Below are positions 1-13,100 of a DNA stretch of 64,000 nucleotides, one piece after another. The notes beneath the pieces were generated by a model. That model was not told the origin of the DNA, did no database searches, and saw only the letters and a list, made by a program, of their open reading frames with translations. Source of the stretch: Ruditapes philippinarum (lineage: Eukaryota); the NCBI RefSeq assembly GCF_026571515.1, contig NW_026859562.1:124001-188000 (forward strand), written 5' to 3'. Numbering within the stretch: position 1 is the stretch's first letter; each line of letters opens with the position of its first letter. The position numbers and the translations under genes are program-made.

Positions 1-2470
1 ATTACAGGTCGAATGTTGAGCTGAATGTTGATTGTCTAGCTAGACATAAGAAATTTTCGAATGTCTAGCTGATTGTTGATTGTCTAGCTCAACATTCATT
101 TTGAGAATTGTTTGATTATTATTATAGATCGAATGTTGAGCTGAATGTCGATTGTCTAGCTCGACATAAGAAATTATCGTATGTCTAGCTGATTGTTGAT
201 TGTCTAGCTCAACATTCACTTTAAGAAAAACCTCGATCATTATTATAGATCGAATGTTGAGCTGAATGTCGATTGTCTAGCTCGACATAAGAAATTTCTG
301 AATGTCTAGCTGATTGTCAATTGTCTAGCTCAACATTCCCTTTCAAAATTCTTTGATTTTTATTATAGATAAAATGTTGAGCTGAATGTCGATTGTCTAG
401 CTCGGCATAAGAAATTATTGAATGTCTAGTTGATTGTTGATTGTCTAGCTCAACATTCACCTTAAGGATACTTTGATAATTATTACAGGTCGAATGTTGA
501 GCTGAATGTTGATTGTCTAGCTCGACATAAGAAATTTTCAAATGTCTAGCTGATTGTTGATTGTCTAGCTAAACATTGATTTTAAGAATACTTTGATATT
601 TATTACAAGTCGAATGTTGAGCTGAATGTCGGTTGTCTAGCTCGACATAAGAAATTTCTGAATGTCTAGCTGATTGTCGATCGTCTAGCTCAACATTCAC
701 TTTGAAAATTCTTTGATTTTTTTATAGATCGAATGTTGAGCTGAATGTCGATTGTATAGCTCGGCATAAGAAATTATCGAATGTCTAGCTGATTGTTGAT
801 TGTCTAGCTCAACATTCACCTTAAGGATACTTTGATAATTATTACAGGTCGAATGTTGAGCTGAATGTTGATTGTCGAGCTCGACATAAGAAATTTTCAA
901 ATGTCTAGCTGATTGTTGATTGTCTAGCTAAACATTGATTTTAAGAATACTTTGATATTTATTACAAGTCGAATGTTGAGCTGAATGTCGATTGTCTAGC
1001 TCGACATAAGAAATTATCGAATGTCTAGCTGATTGTTGATTGTCTAGCTCAAAATTCACTTTAAGAAAACCTCGATCATTATTATAGATCGAATGTTGAG
1101 CTGAATGTCGATTGTCTAGCTCGACATAAGAAATTTCTGAATGTCTAGCTGATTGTCGATTGTCTAGCTCAACATTCACTTTGAAAATTCTTTGATTTTT
1201 TTATAGATCGAATGTTGAGCTGAATGTCGATTGTCTAGCTCGACATAAGAAATTATCGAATGTCTAGCTGATTGTTGATTGTCCAGCTCAACATTCACTT
1301 TAAGGATACTTTGATAATTATTACAGGTCGAATGTTGAGCTGAATGTTGATTGTCTAGCTAGACATAAGAAATTTTCGAATGTCTAGCTGATTGTTGATT
1401 GTCTAGCTCAACATTCATTTTGAGAATTGTTTGATTATTATTATAGATCGAATGTTGAGCTGAATGTCGATTGTCTAGCTCGACATAAGTAATTATCGAA
1501 TGTCTAGCTGATTGTTGATTGTCTAGCTCAACATTCACTTTAAGAAAACCTCGATCATTATTATAGATCGAATGTTGAGCTGAATGTCGATTGTCTAGCT
1601 CGACATAAGAAATTTCTGAATGTCTAGCTGATTGTCGATTGTCTAGCTCAACATTCCCTTTGAAAATTCTTTGATTTTTATTATAGATCGAATGTTGAGC
1701 TGAATGTCGATTGTCTAGCTCGGCATAAGAAATTATCGAATGTCTAGCTGATTGTTGATTGTCTAGCTCAACATTCACCTTAAGGATACTTTGATAATTA
1801 TTACAGGTCGAATGTTGAGCTGAATGTTGATTTCTAGCTCGACATAAGAAATTTTCAAATGTCTAGCTGATTGTTGATTGTCTAGCTAAACATTGATTTT
1901 AAGAATACTTTGATATTTATTACAAGTCGAATGTTGAGCTGAATGTCGATTGTCTAGCTCGACATAAGAAATTATCGAATGTCTAGCTGATTGTTGATTG
2001 TCTAGCTCAAAATTCACTTTAAGAAAACCTCGATCATTATTATTGATCGAATGTTGAGCTGAATGTCGATTGTCTAGCACGACATAAGAAATTTCTGAAT
2101 GTCTAGCTGATTGTCGATTGTCTAGCTCAACATTCACTTTGAAAATTCTTTGATTTTTTTATAGATCGAATGTTGAGCTGAATGTCGATTGTCTAGCTCG
2201 ACATAAGAAATTATCGAATGTCTAGCTGATTGTTGATTGTCCAGCTCAACATTCACTTTAAGGATACTTTGATAATTATTACAGGTCGAATGTTGAGCTG
2301 AATGTTGATTGTCTAGCTAGACATAAGAAATTTTCGAATGTCTAGCTGATTGTTGATTGTCTAGCTCAACATTCATTTTGAGAATTGTTTGATTATTATT
2401 ATAGATCGAATGTTGAGCTGAATGTTGATTGTCTAGCTAGACATTGAATGTCGATTGTTGATTGTTGATT
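1..2470. repeat. 120-bp tandem satellite array (~20 units visible, truncated by window start) with higher-order 8-mer periodicity (~958 bp)
   Basis: Unit such as ATAGATCGAATGTTGAGCTGAATGTCGATTGTCTAGCTCGACATAAGAAATTATCGAATGTCTAGCTGATTGTTGATTGTCTAGCTCAACATTCAC... recurs every ~120 bp. Near-identical ORFs at 928..1179 and 1886..2137 are 958 bp apart. Confidence 0.97.
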
Positions 2471-2703
2471 GTTTAGCCAAGTTATTGCACATAGGCATGC
2501 GTGATATTTTAACTGACTAGGAAGTTGCCTATCTCTGTTATCTATGTCTCTGCCAGAACTAATTTATAGGACTATTGTCTGTTTACTGTTTACTGTTTCC
2601 TTGGAGTATTGTAAGCACTTCTGTGCTTGTTGACTCCCTCGATCTCATGTTTACATTTGGTGTTCCGCTTCCGGTTGAAAAAATCACGCGGAAAAGTACG
2701 CGT

Positions 2704-3590
2704 CTAGGAATATATATCTTCCAGGTCAAACCTTTGATTCTGCCATGCTTTATCCAATTTACATTTGAATGAGTTAACACTATTGCTACAAACTATCGTT
2801 TCGTCCAGGTCATTCCATATATATTGCACGAGCAGGAAAAGCATTTAAGCGTATAGATTTTACACAACGGGGTTTGTTAAGGCGATATATGTGCCCCCTA
2901 GTGGGATTGTCATTAAACGAGAGTAACTTTTCACAGTCAAAATCTTCTAGACCATTAATTAGTTTATACAACTCAATCATATCATACCGTTTTCTCTTAT
3001 ACAGCATCGTTGGGAGATTAAGTTCTTTCAGTCTTTCAGAATAAGAAAGTCCTTTTAACTCTGGAACTATACGAGTTGCACGTCTCTGAATATTCTCAAT
3101 GAGTTGGCTATTTTTCTTCGTACTTGGGAACCAAACAATGCACCCGTAGTCAATGATGGATCGTACCAAACCTTTGTACAGTGTTATAAAAAGTTTCTTA
3201 TTCATAAATTTAAAAGATCTCTTAATTAAACCAATGAGTCTGTTACATCTATTTACCACACTTGCAACATGATTATTAAACTTTAAAGAACTTACAAAGT
3301 GATTCCGAGGTCTTTTTCTTCTGTGCATATTGGAATTTCAATAGTTTGTTTTTTACTGTCTCTCATGTGATATACATATTTATGTTTAACATTTCCATAC
3401 TGTATAAATTTACATTTTGGCACGGAAAACTGTAACAGCCACTTGTCACTCCAGTCACATAATTTCATCAAGTCTTTTTGAATTACTTGTTGGTCATTTG
3501 GCGAACTAATTGGTAAGTAAATCTTACTGTCGTCAGCAAAAAGTTTACAATATGATTCAAGGCTGTCAGGCATATCATTCATGTATAAGA
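2704..3590 (-). mobile_element. 5'-truncated, frameshifted CR1/L2-group LINE: C-terminal part of ORF2 reverse transcriptase
   Basis: ORF 3292..3582 has the RT motif LFADDSKIY and EKDLGI. ORF 2810..3328 continues (LYKGLVRSIIDY..VW, IENIQRRATR, TRGH). A third frame gives WNDLDETIVCSNSVNSFKCKLDKAW...stop at 2704. Two frameshifts. Confidence 0.92.
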
Positions 3591-3908
3591 TGCAACTTAT
3601 GATAAGATATAAAATAAATGGATAAAGCGGTTTTAATTTGCCAGTTTACAGGGGCTGATCAAGCTGGATTAGGGTCTAACCCCCAAGTGTCTGTGATTAT
3701 TGCATCGGGAGCGAAAGGTTTAGGGGCCGAAACGTTCTGTTCATTGCTTTTCATCACGAACCTTTCCCTTAGTAAAGGTGCCATTATCTTCTAGAATTGC
3801 CCAATAAATTTTTTATACCTTTAATGTAACATCGCATAATTTCCCTTGTCTCCTTATTTCTTCAAAGACTGGAAAAGCCAAATTTGGTAGGTCATTTTTC
3901 TGAAATAC

Positions 3909-3926
3909 CTCAATTTCGTCCGCCAT
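3909..3926 (-). CDS. Probable 6-codon first coding exon (MADEIE) of an unidentified gene divergent from MsrB2; remainder lies left of the window
   Basis: Minus strand reads AAACAAAC-ATG-GCG-GAC-GAA-ATT-GAG|GTATTT: strong initiation context (AACATGGCG) directly followed by a phase-0 GT donor, in a CpG-rich patch 200 bp from the MsrB2 ATG. Confidence 0.5.
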
Positions 3927-4124
3927 GTTTGTTTTTAATACATTCGTAATACTTCGGTCCTTTCCGTCAATTCAGCATTTTTCCGTAGACTGGCCCCCTG
4001 CGCACTTCTAAAATGTACCATAATGGAACAGGGAACCAGATTAAATTTTCCGGAGAATTAGTTGGGGAAATTCCGTGACGTCACGTGACCTAGTATAATT
4101 CCAGCCTGTATAATTCGTCTGAAA
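3927..4124. promoter_or_regulatory. CpG-rich putative bidirectional promoter with overlapping CRE (TGACGTCA) and E-box (GTCACGTGAC)
   Basis: GTGACGTCACGTGACC at ~4075-4090 between two oppositely oriented start codons; CpG density is visibly above the flanks. Confidence 0.55.
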
Positions 4125-7100
4125 ATGTCGTTTCTTGGAGTGTTTCGTCGATTGTCTGCATCAGGATTGCAAAATGCTCCAAAAATTGTAACCTTGACTA
4201 AATCGTGCTGTAAAACGCAATGTTTAACTGCAGTTTATCGATGTAAGTTCAAACTTTTTCATATTCGATGCGATATTCATTCTAATTTTGACTTGTGTGT
4301 CTGTCATTGTGATCTGACCGAGTTTTTAAAACGGTCAATTCGTCCCTGTGCCAACTCGGTCCACTATTTTAAAACTTTTTTTTTTCATTAAAGGACATCT
4401 TAAAACATGCCTATTTTTGACCATAGACTTATAAGGTGTATTATTATATTTTGTTTGTAAATATTACAATGTGATTGGACTCATAGGTGTGCGGCGCGTT
4501 GATTGGTCACTACCCTCGGGCCAACTCCCCCCCCCCTCACCCACTCTACAACCCTCCTATACCTCTCAAAACCATGTAAACTGCAGTATTTTTCATATTA
4601 TACATGTTTTAATATTTGTTATATATGCTTTTAATTCAATTACCTTCATCTCCCACAAAAAATAAAAAAATGATATATATATATTTAGTAAAGGTATGCA
4701 ACTCGCCGCTCATTTTTCAGCACTCATCTTAATATGAACTCCATAACTCCAACATTTTTTCACCAATTTTCATTATCTTGGTACCAAATGGTAGGGAATT
4801 GATTACTCTTAAAGGAATTTAAACTGTCATTACAATCATTTCAAGTTTTAAGAAGATATGTAATCTCGAAGTCACCGCAAGTGTAACTCGACAGAGACCT
4901 GACCGCTGGGTTTTTGTCAAAATTACCCGACTAAACTGCAGTTTATTCGAAATGAGTGAATATTTTTTGTATTGCGCATATATATATGATCAAATTATAT
5001 TATTATTTCTTCTTCTTCCGGGTAATGTGCTGGGCCCCTCTGGAGCATCGTCGCACAATAATATTTGTAATAACTGTTCAATGAAAACTTCATAAAATAA
5101 TAAAAAAATAATGAAAATAAATAAAAACATTATCTTGCATGAAAATATTGAAATCATGTCAACAAAGATGTTCTAAATATAGTACACAACTCTACTCTAA
5201 TCGGTTCCCGCGAATGACGTCATACGAAGTCTCGCGTGGCACCTAAATGTCATGGCTGACTGTATTTGGCGTTATTGATGTTTTACAGTTAAATAGGCAA
5301 TTTTAATGACAGTATTAATATTTTGATACATTAATTGGTAATGTTAAAATAATTGTTTTATCGTTAAATGCACAAGAATTGATTGGGTCAAGTGTATTTG
5401 CAAGTGTAGTCAGTGAAAAATAAGGTTAAATCAACTTATGTTATTCTGGTTAGGTTTCTTAACGGGTCTTAATAAATCCAAAACTTTAATGCCGCGTCAG
5501 ATGAAAACAAAAATGTTAAATAGCGGCTTATAAAGTTTTGGAAGCCAGAACTATGATTGTAATGACATCTTTATTTCCTTTAAGAGTTATCAATTCCCTA
5601 CCATGTGGTACCAAGATTTTGAAAATTGGTGAAAAAATGTTTGAGTTATGGAGTTCATATAAAGATGAGTGCTGAAAAATGAGCGGCGAGTTGCATACCT
5701 TTACTAAATATATATGTATCATTTTTTTTTTTTGTGGGAAATGAAGGAAATTGAATTAAAAGCATATACCAAATATTAAAACATGTTTCATGGGGCCTCA
5801 AAAAAAAAAATATTAAAATTTGAATAAATAAATTTTACATCATAAAAAAACAACAAAATATACTATTTTAAAACTAAAAATTCATGTAGATAAATAAGAC
5901 AAGGAAACAGAAAAATGCTAGACTTGAGAATCTATCCTCAGCTACTTTTAACATTATGTGATTTTACCAAAATTATATTATTTCTTCCTTATCGCACAGT
6001 GCAAAATATTTCGACTGCAAGACCAACCAATTTTACAATCTGATATATTACATAGATGTCTGCCTTTACCACCGTTGTTTATATAATAAAAAGCCCTAGA
6101 GCGCAAAATTTATTTGGCTAGGTGCAAGGGGACTCAATGCAGTGTTGGGATAGTGTTAAAGAGGAGAAAATGGTTTGGGGAAGGAACTGGTAGTCTGTCC
6201 TTCTGATTCAGTACGTCCTGAAAAAGAACAGAAAATGTTTTTGTAGTTGCAATATGCTTCAAAGTAGCTGTGACATAAAGGAAACAAACTGGTGACTAAT
6301 CACACCCCTCAGTTGGCTTTCATCAGGCCACACATGTGATCACTGACTGCTCTTGTTTTTTTCTTTTTAAGCTTCAGTTTTCTGTGGTATAAGGCAAATT
6401 TTTAGCTTTTTAAGATTTTTTTGCTTTCCAGCCCTGGGCTTTTTAGCTCACCTGAGCATGCTCAGGGTCAGCTTTTAGGATCGATGATTGTCCGTCGTCC
6501 GTTCACATTTAGTTGTTAACACTCTAGCGGTCGCATTTTTGCCTCAATCATCATCAAACTTGGTCAGGATGCTTATCTAGTTGATAGCTCCGATGAGTTC
6601 GAACATGGGTCATCTCGGATGAGAAACTAGGTCACAAGAGCTAAAAGTAGAAAAACCTTGTTATCACTCTAGAGGTCCCATTTTTGCCTCAATCACAGTC
6701 TGCGAAAAATACGCAAAGCCCGAGCCCGAGTCTAGTAAAAAATCATTCGGGCTAGCTAAAAAGGCAGGGCACATAGTCCGACGGTCTTGCATTGTTTGGG
6801 AAACCGAAATGATTATAAATAGAATTTTAAACACAATGACTGGGAGGGATATAACATATTGATTTTCTTCGAGGTATTGACACGGGATTTTCCAATATAC
6901 GTCGATACTATTTATAACCGCCGAGAGGGGTATAGCATATTGATTTTTTTCGGGGTATTGACACTGGTATTTCCAAAACGCCAGAGGGGTAAGCTTATTG
7001 AAATAATGCAGACATTTTAAGCCAATCAAATACCGCGTTATTAAAATGTCAAAATGGCGCACATAGATGCATGTATTATAGCAAACTCCTCACACTGATT

Positions 7101-10100
7101 ACCTCCCTTGGCAGAATTGTAATCTCTGTACTGATAAGGGGAGATCACTGCGTAGGAGATTGGTATTATAGAGCAAGAGCAAGTTTCTGATATCAACACA
7201 GACAAACCTTTAGAAAGTTCTCCTCCAGAACAAGTATTTGCTGAAGAGGTATATTGCTACTTTTTGAAACATTTTTCATGAAGTTGTTAATTGTTTACTA
7301 TTAAAAAAAAACAAAAAAACAAGCAACCAGAATTCAGCTCTTTACCTTTACAACCCGTATTCAATTTTATACTGCAGTCTAGACTAACCATTTTTTTTGT
7401 ATTTTGATACTGAAATCACTTAAAACTTTAAATAATAATTATAAATTGACTGTTCCGATTTCAAAGAAAAGCTATCCATTTCACAAGTTTGCCATGTTAG
7501 CTTAGGTTTGAATTTTAATATACTTATAATATTAAAAAGTAAAACATTTGTGTTGTTTTGAAAAATTTTATTCTTATTTAATAACAATGAATTTCACTTT
7601 ATTTTCCGTAATATTTTCAGCATCATAACCACGGGGAATGTTGACAGAGACAGCGACTCGGATTATGATTCTGGGATAGATGAAGATGAGCCTATGGAAA
7701 TGAGTCAACAAGAAGTTGAAAGAAATCTATTATCTTTCAGTGTAGAATATCAGAAATAAATGTTATTCAACTGACAAAGCTTTTTATCAATTTCTTCACA
7801 ATATATATAAATTTGGAAACCTGGCCAAATTATGAAAAATTTTGTATGAATTTTCGGGCTACCTAAAATTTGTTCGGGCTATGTGATATTTTAATGGACC
7901 AAGCCCGAATGTCTTTGTCCATAAAAAGTTTTTCGTGCAGACTGCAATCATCATCAAACTTGGTCAGGATGTTTGTCTAGGTGATAGCTCGGATGAGTTC
8001 GAACATGGGTCATCTCGGATGAAAAAGTAGGTCACCGGAGCTAAAAATAGAAAAACCTTGTCAACACTCTAGCTGCCACATTTTTGCATCAATCATCATC
8101 AAACTTGGTCAAGATGCTTGTCTAGGTGATGGCTCGATGAGTTCCAACATGGGTCATCTCGGATGAAAAAGTAGGTCACCGGAGCTAAAAATAGAAAAAC
8201 CTTGTTAACACTCTAGCGGTCACATTTTTGCATCAATCATCATCAAACTTGGTCAAGATGCTTGTCTAGGTGATAGCTTGGATGAGTTCAAACATGGGTC
8301 ATCTCGGATGAAAAAGTAGGTCACCGGAGCTAAAAATAGAAAAACCTTGTTAACACTCTAGCGGTCACATTTTTGCATCAGTCATCATCAAACTTGGTCA
8401 AGATGCTTGTCTAGGTGATAGCTCGGATGAGTTCGAACATGGGTCATCTCGGATGAAAAAGTAGGTCACCGGAGCTAAAAATAGAAAAACCTTGTTAACA
8501 CTCTAGCGGTCACATTTTTGCATCAATCCTCATCAAACTTGATCAAGATGCTTGTCTTGGTGATAGCTCGGATGAGTTCGAACATGGGTCATCTCGGATG
8601 AAAAACTAGGTCACAGGAGCTAAAAATAGAAAAACCTTGTTAACACTCTAGTGGGCACAATTTTGACTCAATTGTCATCAAACTTGGTCAGGAAACTTGT
8701 CTAGGTCATTGCTGGGAATAAATAAACATGGGTCATATCGGATGAAAAAGTAGGTCACCGGAGCTAAAAATAGAAAAATCTTGTTAACACTCTAGTGGCT
8801 ACTGTTGTGATCCAAATATTCTGTTAATTGGTCTGAAAGTTTGTTTTGATGATTTCTAAGTCAAGTTCGAACATGGGTCATCTTGGATGAAAAACTAGGT
8901 CACACCGCCCAAATATGGAAAAACCTTGTTAACATTCTAGTGGTCACATTTTCGACCCAATTATCATCAAACTTGGTCAGGATTCTTGTCTAGAGGTAAT
9001 TGCTTGGATGAGTTCGAAATCGCATGTGGAACTAGGTCACCGGAGCTAAAAATAAAAAAATCTTGTTAACACTCTAGTTGCTACTGTTTTGATCCAAGTA
9101 TCCTAGAAATTGGTCTGAAAGTTTGTTTTGATGATTTCTAGGTCAAGTTTGAATATGTGTCACCTGGGTAAAAAACTAGGTCGCACTGCTCAAATATGGA
9201 TAATCCTTGTTAACACTGTAGTGGTCACATTTTTGACTCACCTGTCATGAGACTTAGTCAGAATACTTGTCTAGGTAATTGTTTGGATGAGTTTGATAAG
9301 TCAGGTGAGCGATCTAGGGCCCTCATGGCCCTCTTGTCTTAAAATTGCTGGATGATGCCCTGTGGATTGCAAAAATATAGCATAAGTCAAACTGTCGAAG
9401 TGCACAGAAAATGTTATTGTATTTGTAAAAAGTTTAAAAAACTAAACAAGCATCATATACCCAAATATCTAGTCTTACTTCCTTATTCATATTGTAGATC
9501 TGTACACAAAACAATTTGACTTTACCTATCAGTATCTTACCCTCAAACAGATTGAAGTACTGTATAAGTTTATTGCATTTGTCCATTTATAGGTTACTCA
9601 CGTCCTGTAACACATGAGGAGCTGAGAAATCTCACTAAGGCAGAATGGGAAGAGAGACTATCACCAGAGCAGTTCTCTGTTTGTAGGGAACAGTGCACAG
9701 AACCAGTAAGTTAAATCTTAAAATTATCTCACAATCATTTAACAGTGTGAAAGTGTATTTATTGTTTGTACTTAATGTATTATTTAAGAAAAAGAAAAAA
9801 GTTGATTAAGAGTTGATATAAAAAGTTAAATAAAATGCATAGAATTTTCCTTATGTCAAAACTGAAAAAGGGTATTTAAATTATTATTACCATGGAGACA
9901 AATGCGGAATGGCAAAATGCTGCTGAAACCCAGAGACAAATCAAAATAACTTACTAAAGAAATGATGAAGATGGAGATGCAAAATCAATATAACTTACTG
10001 AAGAAATTATTACTATAGAAATGCAAATCAATATAATTCACTGAAGAAATTTATATAATAACCAATGAGATGCAAATCAATATAACTTACTGAAGAAATT

Positions 10101-13100
10101 ATAATCATGGAAATGCAAATCAATGTAACTTACTGAAGAAATTATAACTATGGGGATGCAAAACAATATAACTTACTGAAGAAATTATAACTTAAAATGC
10201 AAATCAATATAACTTACTGAAGAGATTATATTCATGGAAATGCAAATCAATATAACTTTCTGAAGAGATTATAATCATGGAAATGCAAATCAATATAACT
10301 TACTGAAGAAATTATAAATGGAAATGCAAATCAATAATTATATAACTTTCTGAAGAGATTATAATCATGGAAATGCAAATCAATATAACTCACTGAAGAA
10401 ATTATAACCATGGAGATGCAAATCAATATAACTCACTGAAGAAATTATAACCAGGGTAGCTTAAGGGCTTTCGTGTACCTGTTTTTAGCTCGACTATTCG
10501 AAGAATATGAGAGCTATTGTAGTCGCCCCGGCGTCGGCGTCGGCGTCAGCGTCCGCGTCGGCGTCTGCGTTGGTTAAAGTTTTTTTGTAAAGTCAAATAT
10601 CTCAATTATTGCTTGAGATATTCAATTGAAACTTACAATACTTATTTATAGTAACAAGGTACATCAGATTGACAAGTTGGATAACTCTACCTACAATATT
10701 GACAGAATTATGCCCCTTTTTAACTTAGAAATTATGGTTAAAGTTCTTGTAAAGTCAAATATCTCAATTATTGCTTGAGATATTCAATTGAAACTTACAA
10801 TACTTATTTATAGTAACAAGGTACATCAGATTGACAAGTTGGATAACTCTGCCTACAATATTGACAGAATTATGCCCCTTTGAAACTGAGAAATTTTGGT
10901 TAAAGTTTTTTTGTAAAGTCAAATATCTCAATTATTGCTTGAGATATTCAATTGAAACTTACAATACTTTTTTATAGTAACAATGTACATCATTTTGCAA
11001 AATTGCATAACTCTGCCTACAATATTGACAGAATTATTTGCCCCTTTGAAACTTAGAGATTTTGGTTAAAGGTTAAAGGTCTTCAAAGATATTTACTTGA
11101 AACTTTACACATGTACTAAGGGTCATAATTGTATGTCACTGACCAAGTTCCATAACTCTATCTTGCATTAAGGCTGATTCATATCCCCTTTTCTACTTAG
11201 TCTCTTGGTTAATGTTTACATGCAAGTTTTACATATCTCAATAACTATTAAAGATATTTATTTAAAACTTCATATATGCATTTAGGGTCAGAATTGTAGG
11301 TCACTGACAAAGATCCATAATTCTATCTTGCATTTAGGCTGATTTTTCTTCCCTTTTTCAACTTAAAAAATTCATGGTAAAGTTTTGCTTGTAAGCTGTT
11401 ATCTCCATAACTACTGAAGGGTTTGTGCCTTTTTTGGGACAATTTTATGCATTCATAATAATAAAGCAGTGATTTACTTGATAAAACATCTTAATAACAA
11501 GCCTTTGTACCTTTTCTGTCAATTTTATGTATTCATAGGTAATTAGTATTATTATACTCAATAAAACACCCTTGTGACATTACCTTCCAAATAGTCAAGC
11601 CAATACTGTATAATTATACTCTCTCTAAGGCCTATAACATGAATTTATAAAAAAGAATTAGCCCTTTTGTGAACTTAGAAAATTTAACATTATCAAGGCT
11701 CTTTTACTATCAAGCACTTAGAATAGTCGAGCGTGCTGTCCTACCGACAGCTCTTGTTATACTTGACTGGACATCTATTGCCACATCAGACGGGAAAAAA
11801 AAATATTTAAAAAGTGGCTTATAACATTTTGGAAGGCAGGTTTATAACCATGGAGAATCAAATCAATATGACTAGCTGAAGAAATACAATAACCCACAAT
11901 AATATAGAATAAAACATTATATACACTGTTTTGAAAAAATGTCATATTGTAATGTCTGTTATAGAAATTGAAATATAGGATTCTTTCAAAACAGCTCATA
12001 AAGGTGTTATAGAAATTGAAAAATAGGATTCTTTCAAAACAGCTCATAAAAGTGTTATAGAAATTGAAATATAGGATTCTTTCAAAACAGCTCATAAAGG
12101 TTTTAATGATCTATATATGATAAGTGTATGTGCTGGGATTAACAAATATACACTTTATTTAGATTTTAATGTGTTTGAAGCTCCACACTCCCAAGTGTCA
12201 GTCTGTGATAATAAATGAAATAATTTTTAATCTTGAAAGCCTTTGTACTCATATTTTCTTGTCAATGAATAAATTATTTCAAGGGAATCCTTTTGGAATG
12301 AAAATACCTTTTCAAAGAAAAGCAACAACAACATTAATACTTCTGATTCCCCTTCGTAATTGTGTTATTGTATATCATATTAAAATAAAATATATCTATC
12401 AATAATTGGGAAAAAACATATGTTTCCATTGAGAATGTATCCGTTTAATTGTAGAAAAGTACATAAGGAAAAAACAGCTTGAATATAAACTATCAAAAGA
12501 AATAAAGACAAGGTGTCACATATAATAAATTTTACACTGCTTTTGCCATTCCAGCAATTAGAGCTGCAATTTTATGTGCTTCCTCTTTAAAAAAAAAACT
12601 TTTTTGAGGCTGTTTCCTCATTTGAATTTGATCTACATGTAGTTTTCATTCTTAAGGTAACTTAGTCTCATTATTTTCATACCAATATATGACACTGATG
12701 TTAAAGGGACACATTATTTTTGAGAAAAAAAAATTGAGAAAGGTTTAAGTTAAAGTATAGGTATAATATAGCAGGATTTGGCCGTAAGCCTGCTGGCTGC
12801 AACTGAAGGTATTCAGAGTTGCAAAATCAATTTTTCCTATATCCCAGGTTGTCTCAATTAGCTTGTACAGACAAGTGGAAATTCTTGATAATTTACTAAA
12901 TTTTCAAAAATTTACTAAATTAATATGAGCCGCGTCACGACAAAACCAACATAATGGGTTTGCGACCAACATGGATCAAGACCAGCCTGCGCAACTGCCC
13001 AGTCTGATCAGGATCCATGCTGTTTGCTTACATTTAACCCTATAACAAGTAGAGAAACTGATAGCGAACAGCATGGATCCTGATCAGACTGCGCGGATGT

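Noticed and set aside
40-2137. Repetitive minus-strand ORFs (VELDNQQSARHS...) as a repeat protein, or the array as CRISPR
   Set aside because: The unit is 120 bp (40 codons), so open frames arise trivially and are broken by stops and indels. There are no unique spacers and no cas genes, and the context is eukaryotic.
6664-7062. 132-aa minus-strand ORF with internal repeats
   Set aside because: Overlaps the subterminal repeats of the nested transposon and crosses its boundary; no coding signature.
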